Source: Tricharina praecox
Taxonomy: Eukaryota
Assembly (NCBI RefSeq): GCF_024521635.1
Contig: NW_026250407.1
Coordinates: forward strand, 930,001 to 994,000
Direction: 5' to 3'
DNA: 64,000 nucleotides
The position numbers and the translations under genes are program-made. This document shows positions 37,201 through 50,874 of this stretch, in pieces; positions within the stretch are counted from its first letter, which is position 1; each line of letters opens with the position of its first letter. The notes under the pieces are model-generated. The model saw only the letters and a list, made by a program, of their open reading frames with translations. It was not told the DNA's origin and ran no database searches.

Positions 37201-40200
37201 GGCAGAAAGCAGGAAGCAGATAACCAGAACCCAGATTTCTCGTCGCAGACTTGCAGTGTGATACTATAAACCATGAGATGAGCCTTAACTAACCAAGTAC
37301 CTAGTAGCGAAGTGACGGCGTAAATGCGACCCGTCGGTGGCACCACACGCCGAGCTGATAGATATGAGTGCGTCGATGCCGATGCCGATACCGACCCGTA
37401 GGCATACACCATCCGACGGCACGCTCGCACGGAATTCGAGTCCGATACCTATCATTACCACGCACCCGAAGTTTGAATAGACCCTCGAGACAGCTCGCTT
37501 TCCACTGTGGCGGAGTGATGGAGGAGCTGTTGGCGGGAGAAAACGAATGTGGTTACCTAGCAGTGGGAAATGGGCATCAACTTTGGCGGCTATGGCGGGG
37601 GTTTCTTCTTCTTCTTCTTCTTTTCTTCTTCTTGATAATCCTCTACATAATAGACTTGAACCAACCTCTACCTCCTATTTCTTCCGTGTGTGTTCTCCTC
37701 TCGAGTATCGACCCGCCGCCGGCCTGGAGGGGTGTTGACAAAGAAGCCGTCTACAAGACCACTTTCGCCACTCTTGTCCCTCCGCGAGTCGGTCAACGTT
37801 ACGGCTATCGACCAACCTGAAGACTAAGTGCTTGCGCAAGGAAGTGTGAAGTACGGCCTGCCCGGGGAATCCGAGAATCCGAGAATTGGAAATGCTGGCA
37901 GAATGTAGGCTCTGGCAGCGGTTTGGGGTGTCGGCTTTCACCAGCCTACATGCTACTAAATAGTATACTGCCGGCGCAAACTATGGATCGCTCGTGGAGA
38001 CAGACCTATCACCCAGCCACCAAGACCCGTGAAATGACCCAAAAATCCGCTCCAATAGCCTACGCCTTCTACCTATGGAATCTTCTTGGTGGAAATACCG
38101 CGTTGCGACCCTTATTCCCCCCAAAGACCCAACCGTGGATATTATCTTCGGAACAAGCCTGAAAGCTGAACCTCTGTGCCGCTCGGGGACCATCTCCTCG
38201 GCCCGCCACCGGCGTCCGATATCCGGAATACGGAATATACGGGGCTACCCGTTTCGCGCGGACGCCGCTGCATACGACTACACGTGCAGATGATGCGCTG
38301 GGACGGGATCAATGTTGTCCGCGGAGCGAGGGATCCGCACACCCCACCGCCCCCCGCCCCGAGGGAGGAGCAGGCGGACCGTGAAAGATGACGTGCTGGC
38401 CGCTGGCGGAGCTGCGGAGACAGTCCAGAACCGTCCCCGAGTGCGGGGGTTGATTGGGAGCAGATCGGACGAGGACAGAAGGTGCGGTGGAACGTATAGT
38501 ATGTGCATACAGACAGACACTCGGGCCATGTGTGCTGGGCACTGATGTGCAGGGGGAAAAGGTATCTTATCGATACGCCGCGGCCATGTCGACGGGATTG
38601 GCAGAGCAGCCTGTTGGGCGCTGTGGACCTGTGGCACCTACGTTGCCGTTGCCAGACACCAAGCCTCGACTGCCGGTGTCATATCTATTTCGCAGGCGAC
38701 GATAGAGGATCGCAGGCGGCAGGTCGATCAGGACATAGAAGTCCTGATCAGGACCGGGTGGTGGGGGGGAGTTGTTTCCAAAGCCGTCGCGAGAAGACGG
38801 ATGCACATATGCGGCCACACAGTGCCCACTTACCTACTTTCCTAGGTCCATCCATGGGTAATAGGGCCGTTCTTCCTGTGGAGCCGATGCACTGACAGAT
38901 GTTGACGCCTGCCAGACACACATCCTTCAGGTAGATAAGTTCTTCCACCTGCCACCACCTCAACAAAATCAGCAGCGTTTCCCAACTGCCGTGGGTGTAC
39001 ACCATCACTGGACTCGATCAAGGTGCGGCCCCTCCTCCTCGCCTCAGCCGGAGTACGCATCGCGAAGCTGCACCCCAGAATACTATGTACGCACATACAT
39101 ACAAGCTGGAAAACTTTGGGGATCCCGATCAAACGACCTGGTCTCGATCGTTACCATCCCCTCGTTTAGCGCATCTCCCATCTGGATCAGCCCCCCCAGC
39201 CCAGCTCCGGGACTATTTCCTCGCGAGTCCGCAACTAGGAGGAGGAGGAGGAGCAAGAGGATGTCTGTCTATGTACCATTTTAGCCGGAGGGGCGGAACC
39301 AGGATCCTCTCCCATCAAGAACGAACGCGTGGGGCTGGCTGATCCGAAAGCGAATAATGTGTGGAAGAATCGTGAAATCATAGCCCCCCTTTGGCGGCTA
39401 ATCGTAGTTACTTGGGTACATACCCGTGTTGAATATCCCACCGAGTGCGTGAGCATGATCATGATCCGTCTCGAAACGATACCTACTACACAGTGCCGCC
39501 GCTGACGAGCCGGCACGAAGAGCACCATCCGTCCAACCACCCCCTCCCCATATCCTCGGAGCTAACTATGTAGCAAACACCCCACACCGGATCCTTCCCT
39601 CTGACCGAGACATGTAACCCCTCCTTCCATCGCCGCCGTCTTCGCACGCAGCCAATGGTCTGCGCGCGGTTAGGTGTGTACGTCTTCCTCTGCGGCTTCT
39701 GTTATAGGTACATAGGCTATGTACCAACCGATTCATCCCCAAGCCCGACCGAAAGAAGATGTCACCTTTGGCCACAGCCCGTCGTCGACGAGCAGTGAAC
39801 ACAACGCCGGGTGATCATGGGTATCACTCGACATGATCAACCTATGTACAGCCGGTCAGTATAGTATTGTCGTTCGAGTCAATGGGGGTGTAGCGGATTG
39901 ATGGAGAAGCTGTTGGCGAGAGGGGGAGGGCCTGGCTGGGGGTTCGACGGCATGAGAAAGTTGGTGTCAAAGTTTGGACGCCCGGAGATGTTGGCAGGAA
40001 TACGGTTTTGCGGCGGGCGGGCGGTCGAGACCGAGTGCCGTCGGAGGGGGGGACCTTCGGCGCCGCCTCAGTCTGTACTCTTTATAAAGAGAGACCTCGG
40101 CGCCGATGATGTTTTTGCTGTATCGAATGTTTTATCTCTTCCCGTCTACATACCCAAATATTCCAACAGTTGGGAGTATGTAGACTCAGTGAGCTGGGCA

Positions 40201-40231
40201 CAACAATTCCCACTCGGAGGCCAGTGGTAGA

Positions 40232-40790
40232 AGAGCTTATAAGGCCGATATAAGAATTTCCGTGTCATGCAGTCTGATTTTCGTATATACACTACGAAGT
40301 CTTAAGGATGATAGAACGCGTAGGTTTGAATAGGGCTCATATTTGAAGCCTTGTATAATGCTTGTGAAGAAATCAAGCGTGTGGCGCTCTAAGGATTTTC
40401 TGTCTCGAACTGATATATCCCATAATGCTTCATAAAACCTGCCAGTTTCATAGTCATTATTGTGCGCCAGGGCGGTGTATTTCAACAACGACTATATAGG
40501 CTTGACATAAGGCTTAAGGCTTACGAAGTGAGAAGGCCGATTTATATAATGGTTTTCGCTGCATAGGCATTATGTAGGAGTTACGAGAATTTTGGGGAAG
40601 TGAGAACAAAAGCCTTATTTTGACATAACCCTTACAGAAGCCTTATAAGTTCGATGTGCTTATGGCTGGCTTATACAGGAATTATAAATTTCTTTGGCTT
40701 TTTTAAGGCCTACTTAAGGTTTTTGACTTTAGTACATTACTCAATACTTGTGCTCGTAGGGCTGAGGCGGCTTAAAAAATTATTCCCTTA
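40232..40790. mobile_element. AT-rich degenerate element, possible transposon relic
   Basis: Abrupt AT-rich block with recurrent TAAGGC/GCCTTA motifs and inverted CTTATAAGGC (40236) / GCCTTATAAG (40640); no recognisable transposase. Confidence 0.3.
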
Positions 40791-40866
40791 TGCATGCACG
40801 CATGAATGATAACTCCACCCCGCCATTCACCCCCACCACCGATACTTGGGCACCAATCCACTAGCA

Positions 40867-42447
40867 ATGGCAACACAACCTCCATTACTCGAGGCCCACG
40901 AGGGAACCTCATTCCTCCTACATTTCGCGCAGATCCACGAGACCTTCCGGCGGGCTGAAATCGAGTCCCTCGCGACACTGCACGGCATCCCGCTGGAATG
41001 GGTGTACTATGACGACTCCGTACGTTTCCCGCAGCTTGCGTAGCAAGCAAGCCAGAAAGAAAGAAGTCGCTGACCTCACCCCACCTTACTAGTCCCCCTT
41101 CGCGATCCTCACGCTCCCCTCCGCCTCCGCGGCCCGCACCCTCATCAGCCGCTCAATCCTCTCAAAGGGGATCTACACACTCTATGCCCGCGCGGGGACC
41201 TATGCCGCACTGCACGCGCAGCTACAGGACCCAGCAGCGGCGACACTCGTGGCAGCATGCATGTCGCGCACCTTCAAGTTCACGATCGAGTCCTACCAGC
41301 GCCGGCGCAGCGCGCGCGACGCGCGCGCACTGATCGACGAGTTCTCGTATCTGGCGCTCGACGGGGGCGTAAACATGCGTGCGGCGGCGCTGGAGTTCGT
41401 AGTCTTTGAGGAATTCCTTCTTGACGGCGGATATTCGGGGATGTTAAGTTGCGCGCTGGGGCTGAAAGTGGGGGACGGCGCGCGGGACACGGCAAACACG
41501 TACGACCTCAAGCGGCGGCCCTACATTGGCACGACGAGCATGGACGCTGCGTTATCGCTTGTGACTGCGAACCTAGCGCTGGCTGCGCCCGCACGGCTGT
41601 GTCTAGACCCGTTTGTGGGCACCGGCAGCTTCCTCCTCGCGGCGGCGCATTTTGGTGGCACGGTGGTCGGCAGCGATATCGATGGGAGGCAGATCCGTGG
41701 CCGCGCCGGGAGGAGTATCAACGGCAACTTCGCGCACTATGGGCTAAAGCCTAGGTTGCTAGATACCTTCACGAGCGACCTGACGAATACGCCGCTCCGT
41801 GCGGGCCGCTGGATCGATTGTATTCTCACGGATCCACCGTACGGCGTCCGTGAGGGGCTGAAGGTCCTCGGCTCGAGGACAGCCGAGAAGGCGAAGACGC
41901 CCGTCATGGTCGGCGATGTTATGGGACATCTGCTGCCGGACTATGTTCCCCCCAAGAGGCCGTATGGGTTCGAGGCGATGCTTGAGGATGTTCTCACTTT
42001 TGCGTTTGAGCATTTGGTGGACGGCGGGAGGATCGCGTTCTGGATGCCCGTGGCTAATGAGGAGGGAGAGTGCGCGGTGCCAAAGGCGAGAGGGCTGCGG
42101 CTGAGGCATCTTTGTGTGCAGGAGTTTAATAAGTGTAAGTGAGAGAAACGAGTGAGCGGTGGGGATGGGTGCTGACGGCAAACAATAGGGAGCAGGAGGT
42201 TGCTGGTTTACGAGAGAATCCCCGATAGCGATATCGAGGCTGCGGAGGAGGAGAAAGAGACACCGAAGGAGACGGTACAGGAGAGTGGGAGGACGGCGGA
42301 TGAACTCAATGGCTTCCGGAAAAAGGTACACCATATCCCCTCCCTCACTACTCCAGCAGCTAATATCTCCATCTTCAGTACTTTGAGGGTTTCAAGCCTT
42401 CACTGACACCATCAGGGCCATCAACACCAAAACCCACACCGAGTTGA
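40867..42447 (+). CDS. TRM11: tRNA (guanine-10-N2)-methyltransferase, 4 exons
   Basis: FAQIHETFRRAEIESLA, YDLKRRPYIGTTSMDA, LDPFVGTGS, GSDIDGR, DCILTDPPYGVREG; last exon YFEGFK..*42447. Confidence 0.95.
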
Positions 42448-42509
42448 TACCATTCCATAGCTATTTGAAATAGAGATCTCCCAAGCAAATATCGTACAAA
42501 TTCTAATGC

Positions 42510-45500
42510 TCAAATCCTCCCTCCAACCTCCTTCAGCGCCGTCGCCAACAGCCCAAGCAGCTCCCGATCGTTTGGGGCAACGGCCACGCACCCCGTAAAC
42601 AGCGGGAAGAGCGCAAAGAGATGTCGTTTCGATCCTACCGCTATTAGCCTTGTCCTTTGCAAGAAGGGAAAAGTACTTACCCCCACTGCCAATGACACTA
42701 TCCAGCTCTATCGCGCGCTCCAGCACATACAGCATCTCCTTCCGCTCCCTTGCAGGTTGCGGCATCCTCCCCCTCAGCGGTTGGTCAGAAATGTACCGTC
42801 CCAGCACCAATCCTACACGGCGAATCAACCACGGTACCGCCATCTCCGCCAGGCGCTTCAGCTCCGGGCTATCATCCCCACCCACGCTCGCAAGGGAGAA
42901 TAACTCGTCTAAGCAAACGTACGCCATCCTATTCCGTCGTTCGATGGTGGGCTCCGTTGTGCTCCCCTGGTGACGCGGGATAAGCCACTCCTCGTCTGGG
43001 TAGGAGGCACTGGGGAGGCGATATAGCATTGAACCCCAGAAGACGGAAGCGATGTAGTGTTGGATGGTTTCCTCTGGTACTACCTCTCTTCCCAAACTCG
43101 GAATAATCAACTTGCGTAACTCGCTGAACGACTCGATATCAAGATCCTCATCGGTTCGAAGTGTCGATTCCTCGACGTGGGCGTTGTTGTTCGCCTGCAG
43201 GACCGAGCCTACGACTATCACGATAGTCTTCCAGATCTCCTGTCTGACGTCGTTGGCGATATCGAGGGTGTCCATCGCCGGCAGCGCTTTCTTCATTATC
43301 GCGAGGACGGCGCGCGTGGGGTGGGTCCAGAGGTTGGGTCGCTTTCCGCGCGGGATGTTGGCCGGGGCGAAGTCATACTTCAGTCCTATCGGTATCTCGA
43401 GCGCTCCAAGGGCAGTAGCAAGTGCGGACGAGGTGTAGATCTCCAAATCGGATATGTGTTTCACAGCCACAGTCTCAAGCAGGGTGATACTCTGTGTTGA
43501 GAGCGCGATGCATGTTGGTACTCGACTACCCTTCCCGCTGATCGCCACGCGGATGTCTGTGAAAGCCACGGTGCTGAATTCGGAGAGCTGTTTGAGAACC
43601 AGCGAGGAGACGCCCGGGATGTCGGTACGTATGAGTTTTATCACCTCAAGAATGCTGGCCTGCAATGGCGTGACCATGTCCACGTCCTGGAAGTATGGTG
43701 GCGAATCAGGGAAGAGGATGCAGTCCCGGAGTATCTCAAGCGTCTTGTGGACTTTCTCTGCGGTGAGCGTGGGCTCGAGGAGCCGGTAGAGTGTCTGGTA
43801 TGAGTGGATGTATGCTCCCAGTGTCTCCTGGATACCGTTACCTGAGTTTTCGATTCCCTCTACTAGCTTGACTCCTTGGGATGACCACAGCGTCCACACC
43901 TCCTCCCTGGACTCCACTACAAGATTCCCCGGATGTCCGACTCTGGCCAGCACCCGCGAAAGAACTTGAAACACGGTCGTGCTGACGCCAAACGACTGCC
44001 GTGTGAGGAGGTTCCCCAGGTAGCGAATAAACACGGACCAAGTATGACTGAAGTTCTCCTGCTGGGTGAACACTTCAAAGTAGTTTGAGTAGAGCGTGCC
44101 TATACCGCCAAGGATCAACTTGATGGTTTCATCCCAGTTCTTCCGGTCCGAGCCCGAGTCAGACTCCATAGCCAGGTCCTTGGGATTGATATTCATCATC
44201 TTGAACACTACAATCTTGAGACATGATGTCCATCCCGAAGGCCCGAGTTGATGGCCATAGGTATCGAAGATGCGGAATAGCGTTTGTATCGATCCTTCAC
44301 ATCAAAGTACTTAGTCACTATTCAACCCGGATCATTATTTTCACTCACCGTTTCTTACTTCTGCGCGATAATCTCGACTGACGCCTGTCAACCGCAAGAG
44401 CAGCAACATCCACAGCGCCGAATGCGAGTCCACATCCGTTCTCTCGACGATATCTAGTAGATCCTTTTCTCTCTCCGCCTTGGCGGTCAGTTTCTCGCCC
44501 TCGCTCGCCTCGTCTCCCCGGCTCTGCAAAAAGTCCGATACGTTCCAGAAGAAGGTGATCGTCGTGAGCGAGATGTTGAGATCGTCCTTCTGACTGCAGA
44601 ACGCGAATAGAGCGTCTATGAGGACTAGTATACAGCTGGTGGGCAGGCTTGCAAGGAAGTCGGAGCATATGAGCTCGAGAGAGCTAAACGAGCTCTTGAT
44701 CAGGCGCAGACTCTTGGTAGATTTCGAGCCAGCTTCAGGCTCCACGATCGACGGCATTGCAGAATCCCGCCGCCATATTATGCTCTGATCAAATACGCTC
44801 GTGATGATATCAAAGACGATTTCCCAACCGGAAACGAGACTTTGTCCCGCATACTCCAAGATGGCATTCAACGCCTCCAGTCCGGCGCGGTGTATCTCGA
44901 GTTCGGTAGACTTCGTTGCGGAGTCGGCATGACCAGATTGGTGACCGCGCTCAACGCCTTCTTTGAGCGCAGCGAGTATGCGTCTCTGCACTTCCCCAAC
45001 GTTCTCCGTCGTCTCGGGCGTGATGGACTTGGCAGCTGCAACGACGATGTCGTTCAGCACATCTGCCGCTTTGAATCGTACGCTGTTCCCCATTTCCCGT
45101 GATCCCGACACGCGGACAAGATGATTGACCAGTAGACTCCAGCCAGAACTGTCTGGGTTCGGCCCTATGAGCCGGAGCATATTGATCTGTGCGAGTTCGC
45201 CCATTTTTGCCAGCGTGAAGGCATTGTCTCCGATAACTTGAGAAGCGGTGGATACACCAGAGAGACTGGGGATTCGCCGGTGAGAAGAGGAGCCGGATGG
45301 TCCACGCGTAGGAGACCGTGATGAATCAGTTGATCGTCGCCCATTGGGCTTGTCATCATCGATGGCTAGTAATTTGCACAGCGCCGAGAGCATCGACACA
45401 AATGCTTCATCTGGAAACTCTCGCGTGCCCTCAAACATCTTGACTGACGCAACTTCTACTGCGGCCAGCTCGGTCCCAATATTCGACATCAACGTGCTGT

Positions 45501-48077
45501 CTCCGGACTTTGCCCCCTCGGTCCTCACGGCTGAGCCACTCAGGGACAGTTGTCGCCCACTCCGTCGTGACGAAGCGAAGAGCACATAATCAGCCTGCTG
45601 CAACGTCTCGAGGACTATAGTCCACGAGGTATCCAAGGTGGGCCCCAGTGCAATTCCTAGGTTTAACAACGCCCTGAGACATAGTAAATTCCTGTTATTG
45701 AGCGACGGAGCCGAGTGATGGTCTGCCATATTGGAACCCGTGCCACCCGATGTTGACCCTTCGAGCAGCCCCTTCGCGTTAGAGAAGAGAGTATCCGCAG
45801 CAGAAGCTGAAGGTGTCACAGGAGTTGAAACATTTGCCGATAAGACATTCGGCGGAACGGCAGCCTTCCCCAGGGTGGTCAAGAACGCATCTCTCGGGGT
45901 CACAAGGCGCAGAACTCCAGCGACGTGAGTGAACTTCTGGAACGATCGGACCAGCCCGTGGTACAGTTCATTGTCCAGCGTGGCGTACAGAAACGTTGAG
46001 TACGCAGCTAGGAGCGCGGGCCAGCAAGCCTCGACCAGCGCACTTGAGACTACTATGTCGTCGTAGGATGGATGCGATTCCAGGGTGAGAGGATTGCTGG
46101 GAACACGGGGCGGTCGCATTGTGACCTTCCGCCTAAGAGACTGTCGTGCGGGAGACGGTGTTCGACCATTCGGTGTGGCAGGTCTCCCCGGGGCCGATAT
46201 ACCGGATTCGACATCGCTCCCAGTACGGTGGACAGACACCGACAGCGGCCTCGCCCGTCGTTTCGAGCCCTCATTCGTGGCCAGCGGCAAAACGAATCGC
46301 GCCAGTCCGTCGGAAAAGCTATTGAAACACATGAGAGCCAAGCAATATATATAAGATTCCGGCATCGCCGGGGGCTCGCTCTTGTCCAATTGATCAATAC
46401 AGGGAACTCTGACCATGCTCCACTGCGCGCTGAGTCCTGCGACCGTCACGTCCAATCCCACAGCACCCCCGATGATACCGGCCACACCCCCAGCTTCTAA
46501 TGCTGCCTGCTCAGATGATGCGTCTTTGGCCTGTTGCTGACCGGCAGGTGCAGATGATTGAGTACCCAGCCCAATGACAGCGGGCTTTTCGTGAGCTAGT
46601 CGCGTCATTCCGGTGATCAACTCCCTCACGATGGGCTTTCCTCCCTCTTTTGCGTCGTACTGAGAAAATATCTTTCGCATTAGGGCTGGTTCGGAGCATA
46701 TGCCACGGAAAACCTCCAGACACAAGGCTCGCTTCCATGGTTGTGAGGAGTCTGGCTCAAGCATGTGCGTGAGCAGGCTTAGTGAAACCTCGCATTCTTC
46801 CGAGAGAATCGATAGGTGCCGCCGCAGCAATATGTACAGTACTCGTGTTATCCGCACTGTTGTAGGGAAGTTCAGTCGTTCCGACAGTGAGCGCATAACC
46901 AGTGGCGCAACCCGCGTCCGAAGTATATGTGCTTGTTCCGGATGGGACAAAAAGATATCAGGGTGGTTCGTCAATACTGATTCGATAATCTCGAGGCCAA
47001 AGGGCTGTGGGAGGTTGTGGAATCGCAAAACTATAGGTCTATGCCCTTCCGTAAGCAGACACAAATCGTTGAATACTTGATAAGCATCCAAAGCTGCTGG
47101 TCTGACCGGCACATTGCCAGATTCCGATGGTGCCTCCCCTATGGGAGGTACCTCGGAAGCCTTTTCTGAGAAGCATTAGTTCCAAAAATCAACGAATCTC
47201 CCCTCGTCTGGATCGCGGCCGTACCATCTTCTGTAGCCACTTTGTCGAATATGGATATCACGATTTGGCTCAGTGCTAGAAACTATTAGCATCCCCGAGC
47301 CCAGCCAGAGCTCCGGAACCTTGAAAACTAACGTACTTGCCGCAGCGGTATTATTCACCACTCCCATCTTACTCCCCTGCAGGATGGCGCATATGAGCAG
47401 TGTCTCGCCGAGCAGTGCGCCCTGGAGCTCCTCTGGGTAATTCTGTAGCAACGGCGGTAGAGCCTGTAGGATTTTGAGTTGTATATCGACGCCTGTACGC
47501 ATTTCACGTCAGAAATGGCATCGCATCGAGTAATCGACTTTTCTATAGGTGGCAGTAGCATACCAAGATTCGCTGCTTCTCGGAACGCTTCGAGCACTTC
47601 TCGCAACCTCGACTATCACTAGCAGCTTAGCTATAGTTCTCGGACCGCGGTTTACGGGGTAGTGCTTCTGTCTCACTTTCGCCAGCGCCTTCGAGAGTAT
47701 CAACCGCTGTAGACAGACAACGCCAATGGTACTGAACTTCGGATTACGGGTGCCGCAGGCAATCAGGAATGGCGAGAGGAAACTAGGCCGGTTCGACAAC
47801 TCTGTCTCAGAGAAATAATTCAGCGCGTGATCCGAGTGCGCGAGGGTGCGGGTTGCAGAAGTGTACCTGTTGCGACGTCCGCCGACTGTGCTATGGATTT
47901 GAGATCTTGGAGCGATTTCTCGGTGGCCTACAAGTAATCACAGTGGCAAGATATCAGCACGGGAAAGGGTGCACCGACGACCGGAAGCTATCTACTGACA
48001 TGGCGGAGGTCCGAGTTTTTCCTTTTGGCCTCTTGGACCAAGTTCGAGAGCTCATTCTGGAGGAACTGGGCGGTCAT
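42510..48077 (-). CDS. MON2: Mon2/Ysl2 Arf-GEF-like endosome-Golgi trafficking protein, multi-exon
   Basis: MTAQFLQNELSNLVQEAKRKNSDLRH, PFLIACGTRNPK, IQLKILQALP, DAYQVFNDLCLL, CIDQLDKSEPP, DDLNISLTTITFFW, DQPLRGRMPQP. Confidence 0.95.
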
Positions 48078-48509
48078 GTCTTGGGGAGCTCTCCAATCGA
48101 GGTAGAATGGCGTTTTCGCGAGGGTTGGATTGGGGCGGTGGGTATAGCGCGCTCTTGATTCTCCACGGTCGAAGGATCGAACAACGAGTGATGACGAAGA
48201 AGTGTTTCTGGAGAATCGTTTTCAATGAAGGTGTCGTTGTGAGTGGACGGGCGTGGATATCTGTACACTAGACAATTGAGCCGCGTGTTTCTTTCGCTGT
48301 TGTCGCCTGAGCTCCCTGCGATTAAACCCAGTAACTAGCTCGGCGCTAGGGCGTGACAATGGTGATGCTTCCTGTCTCACTAGCGGATAGCCCCTCCCCC
48401 GCTACCCTATTCAGCCCAACAAACCCACCCATCCCATATCATACAACCACGAGAATTCCCCGAGCCCTCACTACGACCACATATCCGTTGCATCCAAACA
48501 AGCCCGGCT

Positions 48510-49138
48510 ATGTCTGCGAAGGTTCCCCGGAACTTCCGTTTGCTCGAAGAGTTGGAGAAGGGCGAGAAGGGTCTCGGAGCTGGTAGGTTTCGCTCTCGCT
48601 ACCGGCAACCGCGGAACAGCAAGCTTACGATTTCGGGCTTCGTGCGACTACAGATGGCTGCTCTTACGGTCTTACCGACGGCGAGGATGTGATGATGTCG
48701 AACTGGAGCGCTGCGATCTTGGGTCCTCCTCACGTGCGTGAAACCCACCACACCTGCGCACTCGTCCTTGGTTGAGTGGTCGCTGACCGTTCATCCGCGT
48801 GCCCTTCCAGAGTGTCCATGAGAACCGCATCTACAACCTCCAGATCCACTGCAGCGCTAGCTATCCCGACGAGCCGCCGATCGTTAAGTTCACCTCCAAG
48901 ATCAACCTTCCCAGCGTCAACCAGCAGAATGGACGAGTCGACCTCTCCAAGCTTGCCCGCGTCGCTCAGTGGAACAGAGACTACACCATGGAGAAGATCT
49001 TGGTCGCTCTTAGGGAGTATTGTCTCACCTATTTCCCTCTTTTTGGCGTGTAGTGGAATGCTGACACAGAAACACAGGCACATGGCGCATCCCACCTGCA
49101 GGAAGCTCCCCCAACCCCCGGAGGGAACTGAGTTTTAG
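48510..49138 (+). CDS. MMS2: Ubiquitin-conjugating enzyme variant Mms2, 4 exons
   Basis: MSAKVPRNFRLLEELEKGEKGLGA|..CSYGL..W..ILGPPH|SVHENRIYNL..KINLP..KLPQPPEGTEF. Confidence 0.97.
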
Positions 49139-49445
49139 AATGTCATGGTCGGAGCCGTGGATGGGTAAACGGTTACAATCACACTTGAACGAATCACACA
49201 TGAGATGCTCTTGGATTAATCCATGACTTTTCGTGTTCTCAAAACTCACTTCTTCTTTTGTCAGCGATGTGATTTATTTGTTGCACTTCGGGATACAATA
49301 AAGCGGGTCATGGCGACGGATTTACAATGTGCTTCATATTCGCGGTCACGTATCATCACTCGATGACATGCGCAAATATCACATTGATTCTCAGGTAATT
49401 ATGTATTGAACGATTCTGGGATAATATCAGCGGACTTCGAGTATA

Positions 49446-50607
49446 CTACTTCTCGGCTGCCGTGACAATCTTCAGCCCACTGGGATCCCCGGAGTACGCC
49501 AGAGTGTACTTGGTAGGGTGCCACTTGACGTTGGTGACTGGATGCATCGTATTTATCGTGTGCACTTGTTCACCCGTATCCACATGGACCTAGGTATGCT
49601 ATCAGCCAAAGATCCTTAACCATATCAGACGCCGACCGAAACTTACAATCTCGATGTCATGACTACCCGCCTCTTCACTCTGTTCTGTTCCAGCGCAGAT
49701 GTAGGCGCCATCGAAGCTGAAACTAACACTCCTGACAGGCGCATCCATCCCTCGTAATGTCCGTACGCATATCCACTCGCTGGTATCCCATATACTCATC
49801 ACTGCATCACTACCGCCAACAGCAAGGTGCGCTCCGCGCGGGTCCAGTTCAAGACATAGCGCAGCGGACGCATGCGCGTCTACAGAGTGGGCGGGCAACA
49901 GGGTTGGGTATTCGTACAGTAGTACTTGTCCCGTCGCCGTGGACATCAACAGTGTATCTCCCGAGTGCGAAAAGATCAGCGAGTGCACCTGCGTCGGCAA
50001 CACATTGGTGGCGGAAAGCTGGTGCGTAGCTACGGTTATGAAGTGTAGCTTCATCTCCTACATAGCCAGCATCAGTATCCCCATTCCAAAGTGTTTCGCA
50101 CAGGACACCCACCTTGGTAGCCACAGCCACCGTTTTCCCATCCGGATGCCACGCAAGCGCAATCCCCTCACCGCCAGTATTCACAACCGCCAACATCTGC
50201 TTGATCCTGTAATCCCAAAAGCGCACTGTTCCATCGACGCTACAGCTAGCCAACTTATCGCTGTGCGTAGGGTCCCAAGCAAGCGCCGATACCGCCGCTG
50301 TATGGCCCTTTAGCTCGGTCGACATCCGGATCTCGGGCTTGTCGGGATTCCATACGCGCACTAACTTGTCGGCGAGCGCGCAGGCGATGCGGTTTCCGGG
50401 TGGGTTCCAACCGATGTCGCGGATTGTGAGCGAGGAGGAAGTGCGGTTGTGGTCGGGGTAGGATCGCGACTTAAAGGAAGAGAAATAGTAGGACGCTATA
50501 GCGACAGAGGGATTCAAGTTAGTGAGCGTTGCATCGGCGGGTGTGGAGTGGTTGTGGAACTACGTACCGCGCTCTTTCTGAATGGGGCGGCGGAGGGGCG
50601 GCGCCAT
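49446..50607 (-). CDS. TEX1: THO/TREX complex WD40 subunit Tex1/THOC3, multi-exon
   Basis: IGWNPPGNRIA, ELKGHTAAV..WDPTH, AHASAALCLELDPRGAHLAVGGSDAVMSIWD..WICVRT, VKWHPTKYTLAYSGD. Confidence 0.88.
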
Positions 50608-50874
50608 TGTCGCTCGCGAGTCGTAGGTAGATAACGTTTGAGGTAGAATGTGAAGGTGGGGCGTGATTGAGTGCGTTGTAGCTACGAATGATAGAGCGTG
50701 GTGAGTGCTTGATAGTCGAATAGAGTAACGAGAGGTCGAGCTCTGGCTTCGACCAAAGAATCCAAGACGCCTCAGTTCATAACGCGGGAAGGGTTAGGTA
50801 TCAACGCGCTCTCTTTGCATGAGCATTTCTGTGTAACTTCAGTTTCTACGTCTTCACGTCACCCGTCTGCAACG

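Noticed and set aside
37368..37820. 150-aa ORF with an apparent TM segment in the gene desert
   Set aside because: The hydrophobic stretch derives from a (CTT)n microsatellite; the rest has no recognisable features
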